Of a stretch of 64,000 bases of DNA, positions 8,649 through 18,500 are shown piece after piece; the stretch's first letter is position 1, and each line of letters starts with the position of its first letter. The stretch comes from an uncultured Planctomycetaceae bacterium (lineage in GTDB: Bacteria > Planctomycetota > Planctomycetia > Isosphaerales > Isosphaeraceae): contig CAWIAD010000002.1 of the NCBI GenBank assembly GCA_963833985.1, positions 2,336,001 through 2,400,000 on the forward strand. The letters run 5' to 3'. Under the pieces are notes generated by a model. It searched no databases and had not been told where the DNA came from. It saw nothing but the letters and a program-made list of their open reading frames with translations. The translations under genes were made by a program, and so were the position numbers.

Positions 8649-11125
8649 TCAGTGTGGTCCCGATAAGAGCTTGTGCAGCCGCTCCAGGCGATTTCGGATC
8701 AGGCTGTGCACCTCCGGGTTTTCGGGGTCGCGAATGGCTGCCTGGAACGCGGCTTCGAGGGCGCTTCGCTCCCAGCGCTCGATCACCTCTCGAGAGTCTT
8801 GACGATAGGCGATCTTCGCTTTCTGCACGCAGGCCTCGCTCAGGACCATGTACGAGCTGGCCTGGTCGGGAGCGACGCGGACCAGCCGGCTGCCCAGCGC
8901 CAGCCATTGATCGGCGATCCGCCGGGCTTCCGCCAGCTTGTCGGCCCGTCTTTGCCACGCGATCATCGTCACGCCGTAACGCCGCATCACCGAACCGATC
9001 GCGGCAACGCGCGGCGGGTCGATGCCCACACAGATAGCATCCTCATACAGCGATGCGATGAGATGATCAGCCCAGGCTTCGTCCGCGACGACCTGGCCAT
9101 CCGCTGGAAGGGGTGACGCAGGATCGACGGAGGGCAGCCAGCCGCATCTCCGCACCGCCAGCTCCGCCAGCGCGTGCTCCAGTGGATCGTTCGACCAGCC
9201 GGCCCTGCGAGTGGGGTGCGCGCCGAAGGCAGCAGGGGCCCGGCGGGCAGCCGTCCGAGCGCCGCCAGGGTCAGCGCCTCACACAGGACATGCTCGACGC
9301 CGCGCGCCTCGGCAGCCGGAACGGCCCTGAGGCGATCGAGATCTTGCTCGAGTTCCTGCCGGGCATGGTGCCTCTGCCCATGCAGAACGAGGTTATCCGC
9401 ATGCCACCGGTGAATGTTGTGAACCTGAGAAAGAGACTGGAGGAGGTTGCCATCGGCTTGCCTCATGCCATCAACGAGTGCAAGCGCACGCGTGTTCCAG
9501 GTCTTGTAGCGAACCTCATATTCCGGAGCGGTCAGATTCGAGAGCAGGGAAACAGCGGCATCGAACCGGATTCGCACAACGTCCACATCCGCCGGATGGA
9601 CTGCGAGATGGCGGTCACACAAGGCCACCGCTTCCTCCAGGAGTGATATGGCCCTGGCCCTTTTCCGATCGAGCACCTCGGACATGGCGAGATGACGATC
9701 GATCCGGGCGAGCCGTATCACAGCGCCCGCATCCAGCGAGTAGCGCCGGGAGAGCTCCAGGGCGTGCTTGCGCGCGGCCTCGAGCGCCGCTTTCTCGTTG
9801 GGATCGTTCTTGTGAAACTGATCCAGGATCTGGGGGTGAATCCCGTCCAGAACCTGGTCCAGCGATCGAGCGGCGACCTCGTAGCTTGCCTGCGAGCGCC
9901 GATAGAGACCCATCAAGAGGACGACCCCGGCGCAAAGCGTCAGGAATAAGGCCGCGGCCAGCGACGCGATGACGGGCTGGCGGCGGCAAAAGCGGCAGAA
10001 ATGCTGGAACGAGGATACGGGCCGGGCCTGGATCGGCCGGCCTTCGAGCCAGCGGCGCAGGTCCTCGGCCAGCTCGCGGGCCGAAGCGTACCGGGTGGCG
10101 GGCTGCTTCTCCAGGCATCTTCGCGCAATGGTCTCCAGGTTCCGTGGCACGTCCGGGCGCAGGCTGCGCAGGGATGGAGGTTCGTGAAGCTCAATGTGAC
10201 GCAGGGTCTGTGCGTCATTGATGCCCTGAAAGGGAGATCTGCCGACCAGCAAGCGGTAGAGCAGCACGCCCAGCGCGAAGACATCGGCACCTGCTCCGGC
10301 GGCGCTCCAACCGCCGTGGACCACTTCCGGGGCAAGGTACTCGATCCTTCCAATGAGCGCGCCATTTTCCGTCGCGGCTTCCGGGGCTTCCATTCGGTTT
10401 TCCGGCCAATCCGGGCGAATCTTCTTGGCCAGGCCAAAATCGGCAAGCTTGGCGGTGTAGCCGAACGGCGGGTCCTCGTCAGGTCCGGGATCACGGGGAA
10501 AGAGCAGGATGTTGGCGGGGCAGATATCGCGGTGAATCAGCCCGTTCTGATGACAGAACGCGGCCCCTTCCGCCACTTCGGCGAGGATCCGCACCGCCAG
10601 GCGCAGGGGCACGGGATCCCGCCGTGTCTCCATCCAGCGGCCCAGCGTGGGACCCGGGCAGAGCTCCATGACCAGGAAGTCTTGACTCCCGGCTCGCGCC
10701 ATCTCGAAGATCCGGATCACGTGCGGGTGATCGATGCGGGTCAGCCGCGCCTCGTTCGCGAATCGGCCCCGTCCCCGGGCGTCGAGTGCCGCGTGCGGCA
10801 AGAGCAGTTTCAACGCCACATCGTGCCCACGCATCCGATCGAAGGCCCGGTAGACGGCGCCCAGGCCGCCCACGCCCAAGCACTCCTGGAGGTGGAACCG
10901 GTCGCCCGTGCAGGCGCAGGGCCCTGGGGGTCCGCCGATCGGCCCGGGCGGGCCGTTCTGGTCAGGGGCCGGTTCCCAGCATTCGTCCTCGATTGCCGCC
11001 AGCCGACTGCAACACTCTGCACAGCTGCCAAGGTGGTCGGCCAGGGTCTCGAGCCGAGGTTCGGCACAGGCTCCCCGAGTGAAGGCTTGCCAGTCATCCA
11101 GGCTCGGGCAGGGCGGCGCACTCAT
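8649..11125 (-). CDS. Ser/Thr protein kinase with N-terminal ZAS-like zinc finger, one TM and helical (TPR-like) C-terminus; frameshift near 9200
   Basis: CP...HLGSCAECC; LGVGGLGAVY, VALK, HRDICPAN, DFG, YLAPE, ADVFALG; TM VIASLAAALFLTLCAGVVLL; continues in ORF 8649-9155. Confidence 0.9.
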
Positions 11126-11138
11126 GAAGGCACCTCTC

Positions 11139-11979
11139 TCAACCGGACGAGGGAACGGCCCGGCCCTGCCGGACGCGGGCGGCCTGGGACGCCTGGCAGC
11201 GCAGCCGGCCGCTCAGGCGATGGAGCACCGTGGCGACCGCGCGCTCCACCTCCAGGACACGGCGCCCGGATCGCTGCGCGACGGCGTCCGGAGAGTTACC
11301 CTCGACGGCGACCGCCACGAACAGGCTCCATGTCGGCTCGTCGAATTCATGCTGCAAGCCGGCGGCCTCGGCGCCAATCTCCTCGCGCAGGCCTGCGCAG
11401 CACCCGCGCCTTGGCGGTGAAGACCCTGTCCAGGCTCATCCCCAGCTCAGCAGCCACCTCGGCCGCGGAATGGCCCTCGAGCACCAGCTTGCGGAACGCC
11501 AGCCAGTTGTTCGGCTCGGCACAGCGCCGGCGCACCCGATCAAGGATGACCTCATACGCTGCGCCATCGCGGTCGTGATGCTCCGACGGCTCAGGATCGA
11601 GGCGAAGGTCTTGCGGAACCGCGTCGAGCTGCTCGGGAGAAAACGTCAGGACGCGGCGCGCCCTCTCGCGGTGCAGATCGCCAATCTTGTTCAAGAGAAC
11701 CCGCAGGAGCCAGGGCCGCAACGACGCCCCAGGATGATTGTGGCGAAAGCGGCGGAAGCCCGGCAGTGCCAGGAGCACTTCCTGAACCACGTCCTGCGCG
11801 TCTCCATGTTCGACCCTCCGCCGCAGGCAAATGGAAAACAACCAGGCCGCATACCGGTTCCAGTCGCCGCACCATCCCTCCAGCGCCCCGGCCGAGGAAT
11901 CGAACCACTGCTTCAGTCCGAGCGACGTGGGGCCGGGATCGGCCACGGGACAACGAGACGCGGCATAAGGGTCTGCCAT
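11139..11979 (-). CDS. ECF sigma factor, planctomycete kinase-associated type, with apparent second sigma4-like domain; frameshift near 11391
   Basis: DAQDVVQEV, SLRPWL, sigma4 WLAFRKLVLEGHSAAEVAAELGMSLDRVFTAKARVLRR; removing one base gives LREEIG... in frame with ORF 11139-11357; stop lies just upstream of the kinase ATG at 11125. Confidence 0.82.
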
Positions 11980-12198
11980 CGTTGAATTTCATCCGTTGCA
12001 GGCGGACACTGATTGCGCGAGAGATGATCGCCATGCACACATGTGCTCGACGAGACTCAACTTAGCAACTCGGTCCGTCCCACGCAAGAAAAAAGTTTTT
12101 TTGTCCTTTTCGGTCTGGCAGCCTGCCACGTGACAGGTGCTCCGATATGCCTTGTGAGCGTTCCGTGTGAATCGTCAGGAACCTCTGCCCGGAGATCG

Positions 12199-12924
12199 AT
12201 GATGAGTGCAGATTCCCCTTCGACCGGCGAGCCCGCGCAGCGCGACGGCAAGCCGACGGCGCTTGACTCCGAGTTCCTGCGGCGGATCGCCGCGGGCGAC
12301 CAGCAGGCCTCCGCGGCGTTCCTTGCGCTCGTGCATGACCGGGCGTGCCAGCTAGTGGAGGATGCCTTGACCGGCCCACCGCAACGGCGCTCGGCGGTCG
12401 TTGAGAGGCTCATCCGTGCGTATTGCCGCGACGATTTGCAGATCCAGGCCGCGCTTCTTTCGGCCCAGACGTCCTTCCGCCGTTACCTGCTGGATCTCAC
12501 CCAGTCGGGAGACATAAGGGACGACCGCGATTACGTCTCGGCGCTCATCAGCCTGGCTTACAACCGCTGGCAGCGACAGCACTACAGCACGAAGAAGACC
12601 CAGCGCCAGATGGCCGCGGCCGCCCCCAGAAACGGTGACGATGATCAGGCTCCGGCGCGGCTGACGCAGGTGGCGGACTCGCGTCCCGGCCCCGATCACA
12701 AGACGACGATCGAGGATTTTTATGAAAAACTCCTCGAGGAAATTCACTTGATGAGTGCAGGGCTGAAGCCAGGAGAGGCCGACGTGGTTTACCTGCGGCT
12801 CTTCCAGGAGCTGACTTACGAGCAAATTTCCGGCGAGGTCGGCAAGTCCATCGCCAGCGTCCATCGCATTTGCCAGCAGGTGGTCGCCCACCTGCGCCAG
12901 CGGTTCCGCGACTCCGCGCCGTGA
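12199..12924 (+). CDS. Divergent ECF-type sigma factor
   Basis: LRRIAAGDQQA N-terminus, SAQTSF...DDRD region 2, C-terminal HTH LKPGEADVVYLRLFQELTYEQISGEVGKSIASVHR; followed by a kinase. Confidence 0.78.
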   Translation: MMSADSPSTGEPAQRDGKPTALDSEFLRRIAAGDQQASAAFLALVHDRACQLVEDALTGPPQRRSAVVERLIRAYCRDDLQIQAALLSAQTSFRRYLLDLTQSGDIRDDRDYVSALISLAYNRWQRQHYSTKKTQRQMAAAAPRNGDDDQAPARLTQVADSRPGPDHKTTIEDFYEKLLEEIHLMSAGLKPGEADVVYLRLFQELTYEQISGEVGKSIASVHRICQQVVAHLRQRFRDSAP

Positions 12925-12969
12925 GCACAGAAATACCCTTCACCATTCACGCACCGCCAAGGAGCAGCG

Positions 12970-15480
12970 ATGCCCAGCCTTGCCGAGCGCCTGCTTGATC
13001 TTGATTCCTCCGCGATGGACGAGTACCGCACCTGGACGGACGCCTACGAGTCGGCCTGGGCGATGGACGAGGCTTCGGAGCCGCGGCCGGAGGAGTACCT
13101 GCCGGAGCGTGACCCGCCCGCCAGGCTGGTGCTCGTGCAGAATCTCAAGGTCGCTCTGGAGTACCTGGGCCGGCAAGGCAAAAATCTCGACCCGCGCGGC
13201 TTCCTTGACCGCTTTCCGCGGATTGCCGGAGATGACGATGCGCTGGTCGAGGTCCTGGCATGGGGCTCGCGGCTGGCCGACTCCACGCCTGGCTCGGGCA
13301 TCGAGTCGTTCTCGCTCCCCTCGCTGGCCGAGAAGTTTCCTGAGCTTCAAGGCGCCATCGCCGAGCGCAGGTCCGAGCTTTATCGGGAGCAGGGCGGCGC
13401 CTTTCCTCCCGAACTGGCTCCGATGGGAACCAGGCTGCTCCACGAGCTGCCCCGGGGCGGCATGAGCCGGCTCGCGCTCATCTGGAACGAGAGCGTGGGC
13501 CGCGAGGAAGTGCTCAAGCTCATCGACCCGGTCGGCCGCGAAGGCCCGCAAGCCGTGGAGCGGTTCCGGCTCGAGATCCGCCTGGCCGGCGACCGGGCCG
13601 GCAGCCGCGTTGTGCCGGTCTTCAGCGCGGGGAGCGTCCACGGCCACCTCTACTACACCATGCCCTATCTGCGGGGCGGCAGCCTGCGCGACCGGCTCAA
13701 GCAAGGCTCGGTCACGCTCGCCGAGGGCGTGCGGGTGCTCTCGTCCGTGGCCCGTTCGGTACACATGCTGCACACCCAGGAGCCGCAGCTCATCCACCGC
13801 GATCTGAAGCCCGAAAACCTGCTCTTCAGCGGCCCGGGGCTGGCCGATCCCTGGATTGCCGACCTGGGCGTGGCACGGTTGATCGCCGAGACCGCCGAGC
13901 CCGGGCTGACCAGGCAGGGAACCGAGTGCCTGGGCACTCCCGGCTACATGGCCCCGGAGCAAATTCGCGATGACGCCCGCGCGGCAGGGCCGCCAGCCGA
14001 TATCCATGCCCTGGGCGCCATACTTTATGAGCTGCTCACCGGCCGCCCGCCATTTTATGACCAGAACCCGAGGGTGGCGCTGCGGAGGACCGAAGAGCAG
14101 GCTCCACTCAAGCCCAGCGGCGTGACCGCCAGCGCGGTACCGCCAGACCTGGAGGTCCTGGCGCTGAAGGCCCTGCGCAAGGACCCGGCCGATCGGTTTC
14201 GGACCGCGCTGGAGTTCGCCGAGGAGCTCGACCGGTGGTCGGCCGGGCTGCCCATCCGCTCGCGGCCGCCCTCGTTCTGGAGCCAGTTGCGATCGCTGGT
14301 CCGGCGCCATCCGCGCACGTCCTATGGTACCGCGGCTGCCGCGCTGGGATTGATCAGCCTGGCAATCCTCTCGTTCGCTCTCTTCCTGGGCGAGCGGACC
14401 CAGAAGCGGCGCGCGGACCGGACCAGCCGGCGCGTGGTGAGCACGTTGCACAGGGAGGCCGAGCGCGCGGTTGAATCGGGCATGTCGAGGCAGCGCGCGG
14501 AGACACTCCGCGAGATCGCCCAGGGCCTTGAATTTGTCGTCCATGAGAACGGCGGCGAGGGCTCCGTGGAGCTGGGCACCGCGCTCAACGGACTGGCGCT
14601 CATCGACCTCGCGCTCGGCGAGGTTCCCCAGGCGGTTGCCGCCAGCCGCCAGGCGGAGGATGTATTCGCCAATCTGGCGCCCGCTTACGACACGCGGCTC
14701 GGACTGGCCTCGGCCCAGCTTCAGACCGGTCGGTTACTCTTTCGCGACGGCAAGCCCGCCGAGGGAGAGGCGAGTACAGCGACGGCTGTCGAATCGCTTC
14801 AGGAGCTCATTGCCGAGCGACCCGATGACCATGTGGCCCGGGCACGGCTGGCCCGCGCGCTCGTGAACCTGGGCAACTTTGCCCGCGGCGATCGCTTCGA
14901 GCTTTCGGTGACCCGCTACAAGCAGGCGATCGAGCAATGGGAAGTCCTCTGCCAGCCGGCGACCGTTCAACCCGGCGACCTGGGATGGTACGCCAGGACG
15001 TTGAGCAACCTCGGGCTGCTGCTGGCCGAGAAAGGCAACCTTGCGGACGCAGTGCCCATCCTGACCGAGGCCGCCACCCGCGCCGAGCGGCTGGCCGAAC
15101 TGCTGCCGGACCAGAAGGAAGTGCTCGACAACCTCGGTGCCTGCCGGAGCAACCTGGGCGAGGCCCTCACGAGCGCTGGCCGGCCGGCCGACGCCGTTCC
15201 CGTGCTGACCGGCGCGCTCGAGGCTTACCAGCACCTGGCCCGCCGGTTCCCCGACGAGACCGAGGGCGTCTGGGGTACGGCGATGGTCCAGACGATGCTG
15301 GCCGAGGCACTGCTCACAACAGGGCGAGAGCGCGAGTCGCTTCCACTGCTGGACGCCGCCGGAGCCGGCTTCGAGGCCGTCGCGAAGAAGGTCCCCGACG
15401 ACCCCGAGCTCAAGAGCCACATCGCGAGGCACCAGCAGCTTCTGGCCCGTGCCCGGACGGCGGGCGCCGGAGCGAAGTAA
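12970..15480 (+). CDS. Ser/Thr protein kinase with TM and TPR domain
   Basis: AAGGAG RBS; HRDLKPEN, DLG, GTPGYMAPEQ, ADIHALGAILYELLTGRPPF; TM then TPR repeats (LARALVNLG, ARTLSNLG, RSNLGEAL). Confidence 0.93.
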   Translation: MPSLAERLLDLDSSAMDEYRTWTDAYESAWAMDEASEPRPEEYLPERDPPARLVLVQNLKVALEYLGRQGKNLDPRGFLDRFPRIAGDDDALVEVLAWGSRLADSTPGSGIESFSLPSLAEKFPELQGAIAERRSELYREQGGAFPPELAPMGTRLLHELPRGGMSRLALIWNESVGREEVLKLIDPVGREGPQAVERFRLEIRLAGDRAGSRVVPVFSAGSVHGHLYYTMPYLRGGSLRDRLKQGSVTLAEGVRVLSSVARSVHMLHTQEPQLIHRDLKPENLLFSGPGLADPWIADLGVARLIAETAEPGLTRQGTECLGTPGYMAPEQIRDDARAAGPPADIHALGAILYELLTGRPPFYDQNPRVALRRTEEQAPLKPSGVTASAVPPDLEVLALKALRKDPADRFRTALEFAEELDRWSAGLPIRSRPPSFWSQLRSLVRRHPRTSYGTAAAALGLISLAILSFALFLGERTQKRRADRTSRRVVSTLHREAERAVESGMSRQRAETLREIAQGLEFVVHENGGEGSVELGTALNGLALIDLALGEVPQAVAASRQAEDVFANLAPAYDTRLGLASAQLQTGRLLFRDGKPAEGEASTATAVESLQELIAERPDDHVARARLARALVNLGNFARGDRFELSVTRYKQAIEQWEVLCQPATVQPGDLGWYARTLSNLGLLLAEKGNLADAVPILTEAATRAERLAELLPDQKEVLDNLGACRSNLGEALTSAGRPADAVPVLTGALEAYQHLARRFPDETEGVWGTAMVQTMLAEALLTTGRERESLPLLDAAGAGFEAVAKKVPDDPELKSHIARHQQLLARARTAGAGAK

Positions 15481-15581
15481 CGCTGCCGCCGTGGATCGTT
15501 GTCTGACATTGATCACCATGTTTTACCAGATCGTTTCTTTTACACGTTGACGAACCTCACACTGCACCAAGGATTCATCCC

Positions 15582-18500
15582 ATGACATTTGCGAGCAATG
15601 AAAACTACCGGATGCGCGGCAGCCACACCCCGAAGCGAAACTCCAGAATCACGCGTAACCGCACAAGCCGTCCCCGCTTTCGCCCCGATACCGAAGGCCT
15701 GGAGCCGCGGATCGTGATGTCCACGGTCAACTGGGTGGGACCCAATGGCGGCGACTGGGACACCGCCGCCAACTGGAGCCCCGCCGGCATCCCGACGTCC
15801 ACCAGCGCCGTCGTCATCAACCCATCGTCCGCCGAGACGATCGTACACGGCACAAACGTTGCCGATTCCGTGCAGAGCATCACCACCAGTTCCACGGCCA
15901 CACTGAACCTCGTGAGTGGCTCGCTCGCATTCGCTGCGGGAAACGCGTCCACGCTCGGCGGCCCCGTCAATATAAGTCCGCAGGCGACGCTCAGCGTCGG
16001 AGCAGGTGCTAGCGTCCAGATTGCTTCGGGCCAGACCCTGACCGACAACGGATTGATGACACTTGCCTCCGGCGACACCATGACGTTCGCCACGTACTAC
16101 GCCGTCAACCTCGTCGTCAACGGCACGATGACGGCCACCAGCGACTCCTTCGTCACGACCGGCGGGGGCGGAAGTTACATGCAGGTCAATTCGGGAGGTC
16201 GCTTCACCTCCAGCAACTCCACATTCTCGCTCTCCCAGCTCTCCCTCGACAACAGCAGCATCCTCAATAGCGGAGACTGGACCGGCAACGTCTTCAACAT
16301 GCCGATATTCGTTCCTTACAACGACGTCCAGAATCTCGGCAGCAACGCGACGTTTCACGATATCAATATCAACGCAGATACCCTTCCGAGCGGTACGCTT
16401 AATCTCAATGTCATCGGATCTAACGCCGCGAGCCACTACATCTTCCCAGGTGGTTTCACCGTCGCATCGGGGGCAACACTTGCCTTCGGTACGAATGTTC
16501 CGATCATTATTCCCTCAAGCCAGACCCTGTACGACAACGGATTGATGACGCTTGCCTCCGGCGACACCATGACGTTCGCCACGTACTACGCCGTCAACCT
16601 CGTCGTCAACGGCACGATGACGGCCACCAGCGACTCCTTCGTCACGACCGGCGGGGGCGGAAGTTACATGCAGGTCAATTCGGGAGGTCGCTTCACCTCC
16701 AGCAACTCCACATTCTCGCTCTCCCAGCTCTCCCTCGACAACAGCAGCATCCTCAATAGCGGAGACTGGACCGGCAACGTCTTCAACATGCCGATATTCG
16801 TTCCTTACAACGACGTCCAGAATCTCGGCAGCAACGCGACGTTTCACGATATCAATATCAACGCAGATACCCTTCCGAGCGGTACGCTTAATCTCAATGT
16901 CATCGGATCTAACGCCGCGAGCCACTACATCTTCCCAGGTGGTTTCACCGTCGCATCGGGGGCAACACTTGCCTTCGGTACGAATGTTCCGATCATTATT
17001 CCCTCAAGCCAGACCCTGTACGACAACGGATTGATGACGCTTGCCTCCGGCGACACCATGACGTTCGCCACGTACTACGCCGTCAACCTCGTCGTCAACG
17101 GCACGATGATGGCCACCAGCGACTCCTTCGTCACCACCGGTGGGGGCGGAAGTTACATGCAGGTCAATTCCGGAGGTCACTTCACCTCCAGCAACTCCAC
17201 ATTCTCGCTCTCCCAGCTCTCCCTCGACAACAGCAGCATCCTCAATAGCGGAGACTGGACCGGCAACGTCTTCAACATGCCGATATTCGTTCCTTACAAC
17301 GACGTCCAGTACCTCGGCGATAACCCAACCTTCAATAATGTCGAGATCAACCCCGGCACTCTGTCAAGCGGTGCAGTCACATTGGGCAAGATTGGCACCG
17401 CGTCAACTTTGCAGTACGTTTTTCCAGGCGGCTTCACGGTCGCTTCCGGATCGGCCCTGGTCGTCGGGGCCTACGTTCCGGTGGTAATTCCCTCAGGCCA
17501 GACGTTGTTGGACAATGGCACTTTGAGTTTTTCGACCGGAGATACGGTGACGTTTGCGAGTTACTATGCCGTCAATCTTGTCGTTGATGGTGTCATGAAC
17601 GCCTCCGACGCCTCGTTCGTTACCACTGGCGGTGGCGGGGGATACCTGCAAGTAAATTCTGGCGGCCAGCTCGACGTCAACAATTCCGTTATCGCTTTGA
17701 GTAGCGTTAATCTGGGCACCAGCTCGAGTGACACGCTTCAGGCTAATGTCTTCGACACAACACTGTATGTCAATGGCGGTGAAACTGCGACCATCTCCTA
17801 CAACGACTTCAGCGCGAGCAACAGTTTCGTCGTTGCCTCGGGGAATTCATCGCAGACTATTTTAATGCCCAGCAACTGGTGGGGTGCCACCGACTCGACC
17901 GATATCGGCAAGAAGATTACCGACTATCTCGACAATCCCGCTCTGCCTCTGGTCAATTTTGCGCCTCCCCTTTCTGCCCCTAACCCGGCAGGGGCTCCCT
18001 CGAGGACCGCCGCCGTTGCCGTGACAGCGTCTTACAATCCCAACTCGGCTCAGACTGTCACTCTAACGGCCGGCGTTACCAGCGGTTCCGTTGCAATTAC
18101 GGGGGGGACTGTCACGTTTATAGTCGTGAGCAATAACGGTATCGTAGGCACCCCCGATATAGTGTCAGTGTCCGGTGGAGTGGCGACAACGACAACTTTC
18201 CAGATTCCTATCGGAACATCAGGCGGCACGGACACGATAGAGGCCGTTTACAGTGGCGTATTCAATAGCAGCACCGCGAATTACTTTGGCTCGATGGACA
18301 CGAGCCAATCCTTGACCATCAACCCGGCGGCGACGACCATCGTAGCCAAGGCAGCGAGTTCCACCTTCAATACCGGCGCGGTAACTGTACCGCTCTCTGC
18401 GACGGTAACGAGCACTTTCGGAAAGCTGGGTGTGGGGACCCTCACCTTTACAATCCTCACGAGCGGGGGCGTAACCGTTGGCATGCCGTCGACGGTTAAC

